DNA of 64,000 nt from Eubacteriales bacterium (GCA_045587745.1 JAZNCU010000072.1:13069-77068), one strand, 5' to 3'. Numbered from the stretch's first letter, positions 16,613 to 25,145 are shown. The notes: generated by a model from the letters alone, not told the origin. Program-made: numbers and translations.

Positions 16613-16641
16613 ATATTAGCACACCAAAAAAGTGTTGTCAA
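16613..16641 (-). promoter_or_regulatory. Sigma-A-type promoter driving the T-box leader
   Basis: The minus strand reads TTGACA (16641-16636), a 17-nt spacer, then TAATAT (16618-16613). Confidence 0.6.
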
Positions 16642-16717
16642 TAGTTTTTTTGCAATTTTTCTTTACTTTGCAAGCATTCCGATGTATAATTGACTCACCA
16701 AACGAAGGGAGAAGTAT

Positions 16718-17353
16718 ATGAGCGATATTATAGTAAAAAAGGCCGTTGTGGGTATGCTGTCCACTAACTGTTATCTGCTCAGGCGCAAGGATTCCCGGGA
16801 CTGTATAGTTATTGATCCGGGTGACGATATTACGGTGATTCTGGATGCGCTCCACAGAATAGACGGTATTTGCCGTGCAATTTTCCTCACTCACGGACAT
16901 TTTGACCATATTCTTGCGGTGGGCGACCTGCGTAACGTCAACATTCCGGTTTGCATCCACAAGGACGATGCACATTTTTTGACCGAGCGGGATACCTTCA
17001 GCTCAATGATCCACCACGATCCCCGTCCCTTTGAAGCTCCCGATATCGTTTTTGATAAGGATGGGCTCTACAAGGCATGCGGATTTGAATTTTACGTTAT
17101 GCATACTCCCGGCCACACCGACGGAAGCGTTTGCTATATGTTTGACGATATGCTGTTTACGGGAGACACTCTGTTCAAAAACAGCGTAGGCACCACCGAT
17201 TTCGGGGGCGATCCCGAGAAGCTTCGCAAATCGCTCCGTATGCTTTACAATCTGCCCGGGGACTATGAGGTCTATCCCGGACACGATTCGGCAACGACTC
17301 TGTTTGATGAACGCCGCAACAATCCGTTCCTTAAGCAGTTCGGTCAGGAGTAA
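16718..17353 (+). CDS. MBL-fold metallo-hydrolase (glyoxalase II-like)
   Basis: 211-aa ORF with THGHFDH, HTPGHT and a C-terminal GH motif. A TTTACT-17-TATAAT promoter lies upstream at about 16662-16690. Confidence 0.8.
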   Translation: MSDIIVKKAVVGMLSTNCYLLRRKDSRDCIVIDPGDDITVILDALHRIDGICRAIFLTHGHFDHILAVGDLRNVNIPVCIHKDDAHFLTERDTFSSMIHHDPRPFEAPDIVFDKDGLYKACGFEFYVMHTPGHTDGSVCYMFDDMLFTGDTLFKNSVGTTDFGGDPEKLRKSLRMLYNLPGDYEVYPGHDSATTLFDERRNNPFLKQFGQE

Positions 17354-17355
17354 TT

Positions 17356-18081
17356 ATGGAACTCTCACGGGAAATCGACCTGCTCAGGCAGTATATAGAC
17401 GAGGCAAAAAGAATAGTTTTCTTTGGCGGTGCGGGTGTTTCGACCGAAAGCGGAGTTAAGGATTTCCGCTCCGAGGACGGAATTTACTCGATGAAGTTCG
17501 ATTACCCTCCCGAGGAAATGCTCTCGCACGATTTTTTCTTTACGCACACCGAGGAGTTTTACAGGTTTTACCGAGGCACACTGCTTAAACCGGGAATCCA
17601 GCCGAACAAGGCGCACTATGCACTCGCAAGGCTTGAGCAAACGGGAAAGCTTACCGCAATCATTACCCAGAACATCGACGGGCTGCACCAAAAGGCAGGG
17701 AGCAAAAGGGTTTTTGAGCTTCACGGAAGCGTGGACAGGAATCGCTGTGTCAAGTGCGAAAAATTCTACACGTATGACGAGCTGCCTGCCGACGCTGTAC
17801 CGAGGTGCGGGTGCGGCGGGCTGATAAAGCCCGAGGTGGTGCTGTACGGCGAGCCGCTCGACAACAGCGTTATTACGGATGCCGTTCACGAGATTCTTCA
17901 CGCCGATACGATGATAGTGGCCGGAAGCTCGCTCACCGTTTACCCTGCCGCAGGGCTTTTACGCTATTTTGGCGGAAAGAGGCTGATACTCATCAATCGG
18001 GACGCTACACCCTACGACAATGCCGCCGACCTGGTCATCCGCTCGCTCGTGGGCGAAACGCTGGATAAGGTTATCAAATGA
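17356..18081 (+). CDS. cobB: NAD-dependent protein deacylase (Sir2/CobB family)
   Basis: 241-aa ORF with GAGVSTESGVKDFRS, QNIDGLH and Zn-ribbon cysteines (CVKC...CGCG). It starts 2 nt after the stop of the MBL gene. Confidence 0.85.
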   Translation: MELSREIDLLRQYIDEAKRIVFFGGAGVSTESGVKDFRSEDGIYSMKFDYPPEEMLSHDFFFTHTEEFYRFYRGTLLKPGIQPNKAHYALARLEQTGKLTAIITQNIDGLHQKAGSKRVFELHGSVDRNRCVKCEKFYTYDELPADAVPRCGCGGLIKPEVVLYGEPLDNSVITDAVHEILHADTMIVAGSSLTVYPAAGLLRYFGGKRLILINRDATPYDNAADLVIRSLVGETLDKVIK

Positions 18082-18086
18082 AAAAA

Positions 18087-18120
18087 TCCCTGCAATCTCG
18101 CGGTTGCAGGGAAATTTTTG
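18087..18120 (+). terminator. Intrinsic terminator after cobB
   Basis: TCCCTGCAA-tctcgcgg-TTGCAGGGA followed by AATTTTTG. Confidence 0.7.
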
Positions 18121-18121
18121 T

Positions 18122-18201
18122 CGGGGTCCCCGAGAAGCCGACAGGCTTCTTGGGGTGATTACGGGGTCCCCGAGAAGCCGACAGGCTTCTTGGGGTGATT
18201 T
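18122..18201 (+). repeat. Two tandem 40-bp hairpin units (CGGGGTCCCCGAGAAGCCGACAGGCTTCTTGGGGTGATTA)
   Basis: The two copies are identical by direct reading. Each folds as CCCCGAGAAGCC-GACA-GGCTTCTTGGGG, 12 bp with one G.U pair. The unit is related to those at 53997-54035, 59310-59420 and 26119-26154. Confidence 0.9.
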
Positions 18202-18202
18202 T

Positions 18203-19069
18203 TTAGTCGATATCCTTTTTTATTACCTCGGGAGGGCTGTCGAGCATCTCAATATTCCTTACGATGGTATTGAGGCATTTGAGCGCCGATGCATAGGTAA
18301 AGCCGTCGCAAATGCGCTCGTCGCAGGTGATCTTGTAATCGGCGTATCTGCGCTCGATAACGCTTCCGTCACGCTGAAGCTCGAGCTTTGTGTACTTTTT
18401 GCCGAGCGACATAAACAAAGGAATGTTGCCGAAATTGTACAGATGGTGATAGATGGGCGGAATGCCCAGCGATGCCATTGAGGTAAATGCAAAGCTGCCG
18501 TGAAACGGCGAGAGCTTTGTCAGCTTGCGGGGCAGAAGTCCGAAATAATCGAGCAGATTGAGCACCCAGACGGTGAATTTGAGAAAAAGTCCGGGTATGT
18601 AATTGAGGATTTTTGCGGTGTTATCAAAATCGCTGACGCCACTACGGTATTGGTCTATCTCGCTGTTGACGATATTGTAAACGTCCTCGGCAGTGGCATC
18701 GGGCGGGAATATCAGTTTGAGCACAGTTTCCTCTGCCTCGACCGTCATATCCCTTTTTATGGTGATCATCGCCTCGATGCAGTTGCGTGAATAGATGCGC
18801 TGACCCCTGATAAAGCGGTTGAGCTCGGGATGGGTGGCAAGCATTCTGACGTAGGCGGCAAGGACCACGTGCATCAGACCGAAGCCGCTCAGCCCCTCAC
18901 TGCGCTTTTTGAAAATATAGTCCTCGATCCCCTCAATACAGATACTGCCCGAAATATAGTTGGTAGCATCGCCGCGAGTCTTCATAATGTAAGGCGCAAC
19001 GCTGTTGAGAGGAGGAAGCGATTTGATTTTATAGCCCTCCTTACGTGAGGCGCGTTTGCTTTTACTCAT
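18203..19069 (-). CDS. Stand-alone 2-oxoacid dehydrogenase E2 catalytic-domain-like (CAT-fold) acyltransferase; the usual catalytic His is replaced
   Basis: 288-aa ORF. The C-terminal segment ITCDERICDGFTYASAL aligns to the E2 motif DHRxxDG with Glu in the His position. I see no lipoyl or subunit-binding domains. Confidence 0.5.
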   Translation of the reverse strand: MSKSKRASRKEGYKIKSLPPLNSVAPYIMKTRGDATNYISGSICIEGIEDYIFKKRSEGLSGFGLMHVVLAAYVRMLATHPELNRFIRGQRIYSRNCIEAMITIKRDMTVEAEETVLKLIFPPDATAEDVYNIVNSEIDQYRSGVSDFDNTAKILNYIPGLFLKFTVWVLNLLDYFGLLPRKLTKLSPFHGSFAFTSMASLGIPPIYHHLYNFGNIPLFMSLGKKYTKLELQRDGSVIERRYADYKITCDERICDGFTYASALKCLNTIVRNIEMLDSPPEVIKKDID

Positions 19070-19236
19070 AGTAATTCCATCCTAACTCCATAAAAAATTC
19101 ACATTTGCCAAGTATTATAACATATTTTCTGACCTTTTGCAACACTTTTCCGCATGGGTTTATTTTGAAAAAACTATTGAAAAGTCCGTGCATATATGAT
19201 AGAATACACTATCATATACCAAATATGGAGGATATT

Positions 19237-20790
19237 ATGAGATCGACTAAACTTATTTGCCTGTTGATGGTTCTCTGCCTCGTATGCTCGATGTTCCTCG
19301 TTGCCTGCGGCGAAGAAGAGGTATCGAGCGTTCCCGAGACTTCCGAGACTAATGAGGCTAAGGCCATTACCAGCGGTACCTTTTATGACGGCGATACGCT
19401 GACCGTGCTCGTGTGCGGTGTTAACACTACCTATACATCCGAGATCGTACCTGCTGATACATCGGAAGAAACCGATGAGGTATATCCCACAGTTCTCAAC
19501 GATGCTCTCAGAGAAAGAGAGATTATCCTTGAGGAGCAGCTCGGACTTACCATTGAGGAGATCTACATAGAGGACGGCGCACGCAAGAACGCTCTTATGG
19601 CTACCGCTGTCCGCAATATGAATATGATCGCCTCCAACGAATACCACATCGTTGTTCCCTGTCTTTACGACGGCGCAACACTTGCATCCGAGGGCGAGCT
19701 GCACAATCTCTATGCTCTCAACGGAGAGAATGATATGCCCGTTCTTCAGATCAATGAGGAATGGTGGAATCAGGAGTTCAACAAGGAAATGACCATCGGT
19801 GACCAGCTCTACTTCACCATCGGCGACCTTGGCCTTATCAACAAGAGCTCCACCGCAGCTCTCTTCTTCAACTATGACCTCTGGTATCAGATGGGTCTTA
19901 ATACCGAGCAATATTACGGCGCAGATCCCTATCAGCTCGTAAGAGATTACAAATGGACCCTCGACTTGGTTACCGAGGTTTCGATGCTCAAGAGCAAGGA
20001 CCTCAACAACGACAACGTTATAGACTATTCCGATGAATTCGGATGGAGCGGACAGCTCGACGATATGTGGAGCATCTTCTACGGCTCGGGTGAGAGAATC
20101 GCCAAGGCAGGCTCCGACGGATTCCCCGAGATCACCATTTACAACGAGCGCTCCTCGGGTCTTATGGACAAACTGCAGGAGTTCGTACAGAACGACGAGT
20201 GCTATATCTCCGCTAACGATTACTTTGGTGTCGCAGGCGTCAAGTGGCCCGCCGAGCTTACCAGAGCCGCATTTACCGAGGGCAGATGTATGTTCTACAA
20301 CGGTAACGTAGGCACCGTAATGGAGCTCGAGGATATGGAAGCTCACTTTGGTATCGTTCCTGTTCCCATCTACGATGACACTCAGGATCACTACAACAGC
20401 CTTGTTAATGCATGGACTTCTACCTGCTTTGCTATTCCCTCCACTCTTTCGGGCGATGAGCTCGTAAAGGCTTGTGATGCTCTCAACGTACTTGGCTGGG
20501 CAAGTAAGCACGCCGAGAACAACGTTGCCAACGCATACTACGAGATCGTTATCAAGTATCAGAAGGTACGTGATGAGGAAAGCGTTGAGATGGTTGACGA
20601 GTACATATTCCCCAACAGAGGCTGTGATATCGGTATGGTATACGCCTGGGGCGGACTCGATCTTCTCCTTCAGAATATGGCATCAAAGAGTGTTGGCACC
20701 TTTGCTTCGAGCTATGAATCCCTCAAAAACGTTGCAAACACTGCACTTGAGCTCACCATCGACTACTTTAAGGAAGTAGCAGGCGAATAA
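19237..20790 (+). CDS. Large extracellular solute-binding-type lipoprotein (orphan; no adjacent permease)
   Basis: Track ORF 19105..20790, trimmed to MRSTKLICLLMVLCLVCSMFLVACGEEE (lipobox; GGAGGA RBS; ATG at 19237). Its size and composition resemble the ~500-aa family-1 sugar-binding lipoproteins of Clostridia. Confidence 0.5.
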   Translation: MRSTKLICLLMVLCLVCSMFLVACGEEEVSSVPETSETNEAKAITSGTFYDGDTLTVLVCGVNTTYTSEIVPADTSEETDEVYPTVLNDALREREIILEEQLGLTIEEIYIEDGARKNALMATAVRNMNMIASNEYHIVVPCLYDGATLASEGELHNLYALNGENDMPVLQINEEWWNQEFNKEMTIGDQLYFTIGDLGLINKSSTAALFFNYDLWYQMGLNTEQYYGADPYQLVRDYKWTLDLVTEVSMLKSKDLNNDNVIDYSDEFGWSGQLDDMWSIFYGSGERIAKAGSDGFPEITIYNERSSGLMDKLQEFVQNDECYISANDYFGVAGVKWPAELTRAAFTEGRCMFYNGNVGTVMELEDMEAHFGIVPVPIYDDTQDHYNSLVNAWTSTCFAIPSTLSGDELVKACDALNVLGWASKHAENNVANAYYEIVIKYQKVRDEESVEMVDEYIFPNRGCDIGMVYAWGGLDLLLQNMASKSVGTFASSYESLKNVANTALELTIDYFKEVAGE

Positions 20791-20806
20791 CCCGATTGAT
20801 TATTAT

Positions 20807-20838
20807 GGGCGGCGGTCAATCCGCTGCCCTCACTTTTT
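20807..20838 (+). terminator. Intrinsic terminator after the lipoprotein gene
   Basis: GGGCGGCGG-tcaat-CCGCTGCCC followed by TCACTTTTT. Confidence 0.6.
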
Positions 20839-20848
20839 GGAGGTAACT

Positions 20849-22549
20849 ATGAAATTTTCGGAATTTCCGTATAGCAGAGTTGATCTTGCCGCATTTGAGC
20901 AGGAATGTGAGGAATGTATCAAAAAGCTTCTCTCTGCCGAGGACTATGCAACCGCAAAGGAGGCGTGTCTTGAGTTCGAGGCACTCGGCGCACGAGTTAA
21001 CACTCAGGGCTCTATCAGCTATATCCGCCATACAATAAACACGAACGATGAGTTTTACTCTGCCGAAAACGATTTTTGGGATGAGGCTCAGCCGATATTG
21101 AGCAACAGCAGCGTAAAATTCATTTCGGCAATGCTGGGAAGCCGATTTGCCGAGGATTTCAAAAAAGAGTTCGGTGAGGTGCTGTTCCTCAACGCCGAGA
21201 TATCGCTCAAGGCGTTCTCCCCCGAGATCATCCCCGATATGCAGGAGGAAAATGCCCTTACCAGCGAGTATGATAAGCTGATCGCAAGCGCAAAAATTGA
21301 TTTTATGGGCGAAACACGTACAGTCTCGCAGATGGCTCCCTTCCTCACCGATGCCGACGATGCAGTCCGTGCAAATGCCTGGAAGGCCGTATCTGAGTTT
21401 TACGTCAGCATCGGCGACAGGCTGGACTCGCTTTACGACGAGCTCGTTCACAAGCGTGACGGTATGGGCAAAAAGCTCGGTAATCCCGATTATGTTCAGC
21501 TCGGATACTACCGTATGATGCGTAACTGCTACGGCAAGGATGACGTTGCAAAATTCCGTTCGGCGGTCAAAAAGCATATTGTTCCTATCGCCACCGAAAT
21601 TAAAAGAAAACAGGCGGAGCGAATAGGCGTTCCCTACCCTATGACCTTTGCCGACGATGCACTTGCATTCCGCTCCGGCAACCCCCGTCCTGCGCTTGAC
21701 AGCGACGGGATACTCGATTGCGGCAAAAGAATGTACGAGGATATGTCTCCCGAAACTGCCGAGTTTATCGGAAAAATGTTTGAGTGTGAGATGTTTGACG
21801 TGCTCTCAAAGCCGGGCAAGGCAGCAGGCGGCTACTGTGCAACGCTTGAGGATTACAAGCTCCCCTTTATTTTTGCAAACTTCAACGGCACAAAGCACGA
21901 CGTTGAGGTAATAACTCACGAGGCGGGCCACGCTTTTGCGGCATATATGTGCCGTGACATTGTTCCTTCCTCCTGCGCTCAGCCCTCGCTCGAGGCGTGT
22001 GAGGTTCACTCGATGTCGATGGAGTTTTTTGCCCGTCCCTACGCAAAGGAATTCTTTGGGGATGACGCCGATAAATTCCTTTACGCTCATCTTGCCGATG
22101 CTCTCACCTTTATTCCCTACGGAACGATGGTTGACGAGTTCCAGCATATCGTATACGAGAACCCCTCCCTCACCCCTGCCGAGCGGCACGAGGTATGGGC
22201 AAAACTCGAGAGCGAGTACCGTCCCTGGCTCAAGCTGGACGGAAGCCCCTTTTACGGATGCGGAAAGGGCTGGCAGAGACAGCCTCATATCTATCTCAAT
22301 CCATTTTATTATATCGATTACTGCCTTGCTCAAAGCGTTGCACTGCGTTTTTGGGCAATGATGCAGGAGGACAGAGATGCGGCATGGAAATGCTATCTCG
22401 AGTATGTAAAAAAGGGTGGCACGCTCACCTTTGCAGGTCTGCTTAAAAATGCCGGAATCGAGACTCCCTTTGGCGAGGATGCTCTCAAAAAGATTGCCGA
22501 TGCCGCAAACGCTTATCTCGAAAATTTTGACGTTATGAGGCTTAAATAA
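20849..22549 (+). CDS. M3-family oligoendopeptidase (PepF-like, second paralog)
   Basis: It carries the HEAGHAF zinc motif. The start is set at MKFSEF (ATG 20849) after a GGAGG RBS. The track start is a TTG four codons upstream. Confidence 0.8.
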   Translation: MKFSEFPYSRVDLAAFEQECEECIKKLLSAEDYATAKEACLEFEALGARVNTQGSISYIRHTINTNDEFYSAENDFWDEAQPILSNSSVKFISAMLGSRFAEDFKKEFGEVLFLNAEISLKAFSPEIIPDMQEENALTSEYDKLIASAKIDFMGETRTVSQMAPFLTDADDAVRANAWKAVSEFYVSIGDRLDSLYDELVHKRDGMGKKLGNPDYVQLGYYRMMRNCYGKDDVAKFRSAVKKHIVPIATEIKRKQAERIGVPYPMTFADDALAFRSGNPRPALDSDGILDCGKRMYEDMSPETAEFIGKMFECEMFDVLSKPGKAAGGYCATLEDYKLPFIFANFNGTKHDVEVITHEAGHAFAAYMCRDIVPSSCAQPSLEACEVHSMSMEFFARPYAKEFFGDDADKFLYAHLADALTFIPYGTMVDEFQHIVYENPSLTPAERHEVWAKLESEYRPWLKLDGSPFYGCGKGWQRQPHIYLNPFYYIDYCLAQSVALRFWAMMQEDRDAAWKCYLEYVKKGGTLTFAGLLKNAGIETPFGEDALKKIADAANAYLENFDVMRLK

Positions 22550-23409
22550 TGAGTATACGTGTAGTCGCCTTTGGCGAGATCCTTTGGGATATATTTGACG
22601 AGAAAAAGGTTATCGGAGGTGCTCCGTTCAATTTTGCGGCACACCTGGCATCTCTTGGTGCCGAGAGCTATATAGTATCCTCACTCGGCAACGACGAGAA
22701 CGGACGTGATGCCATTGCCGAGGCAAAGGCAAAGGGAATCCGAACCGATCATATTTCCTTTAACCGTTTCCCTACGGGATACTGCAGAGTAACCCTCAAC
22801 AACGGAAGCCCCTCCTACGAGCTGGCAAAAAACGTTGCCTACGACCATATCGGACGGCAATGTCCGCAGGGCAGGTTTGATGCCTTGTATATGGGCACGC
22901 TCGCAATGCGTACCCCCGAGTCGAGAATGGCATTTGATTCGCTCGTGCGTTGTACCACGGCAAAGGAAATATTCTTTGACGTAAACATCCGCGGTAATTT
23001 TTATTCCCGTGAGCTGCTTCATTCCCTGCTTTCCTGCGCTACCATTCTCAAGGTCAGCGCCGAGGAGCTCCCCGTGCTCGGAACGGGCAGCGACGAGATA
23101 CGCGCCTGTCTCAACATTGCCGCAAAATACCGTAATCTCAAATATATTGCGCTCACGCTCGGCCCCGACGGTGCCGCAGTTATCGACTGCAGAGCAAAAA
23201 CGGTACTGTACTCCGACAAGCCTCACAGTAAGCCTGTATCCACAGTCGGTGCGGGGGACAGCTTTGCAGCATGCTTTATTTATAACCTGCTCGCAGGTCA
23301 GCCGGTTTCGGTATGCCTTGACAGAGCGGTAAAGCTGAGCGACTACGTTGTTACTCAGCTCGAGGCAGTACCCGAGTACCCCGCAGAGCTGCTAAGCGAG
23401 ATTAAATAG
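22549..23409 (+). CDS. PfkB-family carbohydrate kinase (fructokinase-like)
   Basis: 286-aa ORF with GEILWD...GGAPFNFA at the N-terminus and GAGDSF near the C-terminus. It overlaps the previous stop (ATAATG). Confidence 0.75.
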   Translation: MSIRVVAFGEILWDIFDEKKVIGGAPFNFAAHLASLGAESYIVSSLGNDENGRDAIAEAKAKGIRTDHISFNRFPTGYCRVTLNNGSPSYELAKNVAYDHIGRQCPQGRFDALYMGTLAMRTPESRMAFDSLVRCTTAKEIFFDVNIRGNFYSRELLHSLLSCATILKVSAEELPVLGTGSDEIRACLNIAAKYRNLKYIALTLGPDGAAVIDCRAKTVLYSDKPHSKPVSTVGAGDSFAACFIYNLLAGQPVSVCLDRAVKLSDYVVTQLEAVPEYPAELLSEIK

Positions 23410-23637
23410 CGGTAAAGAGAAGCAGAACAAAAAGCCGGCAGAACGATAATATGTCGGCTTTTAATATCCTTACGAGGATCGGCCTTTGGATTTTTTATTT
23501 TTTATTGTACAAATTGCTTGTCTTATTATGACAGATTTTGCTCTTTTGGGGTAATGCGCCAAAGTTGCGAGAGGTCTATTGACAAACCGTTTCGGAAGTG
23601 ATATCATCCGTTCGAATAAAATGGACGGTATATTGTT

Positions 23638-24909
23638 ATGGAAATATTGTTGGCACTGTCTATCGCGCTTGTGGCAGGACTTTTGATGTCACGTGTTGTA
23701 AAAGCTGTAAAGCTCCCCGCAGTAACGGGATATCTCGTTGCAGGTATACTTATCGGCCCTTACTGTCTCGGTCAGCTTGGAGTGGAGGGACTCGGATTTA
23801 TCAGCACCGAGAACGTCAAATCGTTTGAAATACTCTCGGACGTTGCTCTCGGATTTATTGCATTCGCTATCGGTAACGAGTTCAGGCTCTCGCAAATAAA
23901 GCAGATCGGCAAGCAGGCCGCTGTTATCGGCGTTGTTCAAGCTGTGGTAACCACAATTTTGGTTGATGCGGCGCTCATAGGTCTGCATTTCCTCATCCCC
24001 GATATTCTATCGATCCCTGCGGCTATCGTTCTGGGTGCTATCGCCACCGCAACCGCACCTGCCGCAACGCTGATGGTCGTCCGCCAGTACAAGGCAAAGG
24101 GTAAGCTGACCAATATCCTTCTCCCGGTCGTTGCGCTTGATGATGCAGTGGGACTCATTGTTTTTGCGGTTTCGTTTGGTATCGCAAGGGCGATGAAAAG
24201 CGGAAGCGTGAGTGCGGGCACGGTCATTGCCGAGCCTTTGCTCGAGGTAGTGTTCTCTATCGGCCTCGGTATTATGATGGGTGTGCTGTTCAGCTTTACC
24301 GAAAAGCATTTCAAATCCAACAGCAAACGCCTCACTCTCTCGATAACCTTTGTGATGCTCACGGTTGCGCTCTCGATGCTTGAGTTCAGCTTGTTTGGTG
24401 TGCACGTGGCGTTCTCTCCCCTGCTCGTATGCATGATGCTCGGCACAATCTTTTGCAACGTATGTGATTTTTCCGAGGAGATCATGCAAAAAACCGACAA
24501 ATGGACTGCGCCTCTGTTCGTTTTGTTTTTTGTTATGTCGGGCGCCGAGCTTGAGTTTGGAATATTCAGAGCTCCGATGGTAATAGTTATCGGTATAGTA
24601 TATATCCTCGTGCGTGCAGTAGGTAAATGCTATGGCGCAAGAATGAGCGCAAAGTGGACAAAATGCGATCCCTCGATAGTCAAGTATCTCGGTATCACTC
24701 TTCTTCCCCAGGCAGGCGTTGCGCTCGGAATGTCCATCACAGCGCAGACTCTTGACCCCACGAGCGGCTCGCTTATCCGTAATATTACCCTGTTTGCAGT
24801 GCTTATTTACGAGCTTGTCGGACCCCTGCTCACAAAAATCGCACTCACCAAGGCGGGCGACATTATCCCCCGTACCGTTGCTTACATCGGTGAATCGGAC
24901 GACGAATAA
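23638..24909 (+). CDS. Cation:proton antiporter (Na+/H+ exchanger family)
   Basis: 423-aa polytopic ORF with an N-terminal LPAVTGYLVAGILIGP segment typical of CPA transporters. A TTGACA-17-TATCAT promoter lies upstream at about 23580-23608. Confidence 0.75.
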   Translation: MEILLALSIALVAGLLMSRVVKAVKLPAVTGYLVAGILIGPYCLGQLGVEGLGFISTENVKSFEILSDVALGFIAFAIGNEFRLSQIKQIGKQAAVIGVVQAVVTTILVDAALIGLHFLIPDILSIPAAIVLGAIATATAPAATLMVVRQYKAKGKLTNILLPVVALDDAVGLIVFAVSFGIARAMKSGSVSAGTVIAEPLLEVVFSIGLGIMMGVLFSFTEKHFKSNSKRLTLSITFVMLTVALSMLEFSLFGVHVAFSPLLVCMMLGTIFCNVCDFSEEIMQKTDKWTAPLFVLFFVMSGAELEFGIFRAPMVIVIGIVYILVRAVGKCYGARMSAKWTKCDPSIVKYLGITLLPQAGVALGMSITAQTLDPTSGSLIRNITLFAVLIYELVGPLLTKIALTKAGDIIPRTVAYIGESDDE

Positions 24910-24995
24910 ATATTAAGGCAATAATGAAGTGCACCTTCCGATTATGGAAGGTGCACCTTGCTTTAATGGGAATTGATGACTCACGTAGCCGTTTT

Positions 24996-25145
24996 TCAAA
25001 AATCGAACAGCTTGTTCTTTTTGCCTTTTTTTGCTTCCTGCGCACCCATAGCTTCTACCTTGTTTACGGTTTCCGCCGAAGGCTCGTAGGTTTTTTCGCT
25101 GACAGCAGATGCGCTGGTTTTTTGTTTTTTGTTTTTCTTTGCCAT
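24996..25145 (-). CDS. Hypothetical 49-aa lysine-rich protein (MAKKNKKQKTSASAVSEKTYEPSAETVNKVEAMGAQEAKKGKKNKLFDF)
   Basis: It is below the ORF-track size cutoff and was found by hand. The ATG at 25145-25143 follows AGGAGA plus 7 nt. A hairpin at 24929-24956 lies downstream. Confidence 0.35.
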   Translation of the reverse strand: MAKKNKKQKTSASAVSEKTYEPSAETVNKVEAMGAQEAKKGKKNKLFDF

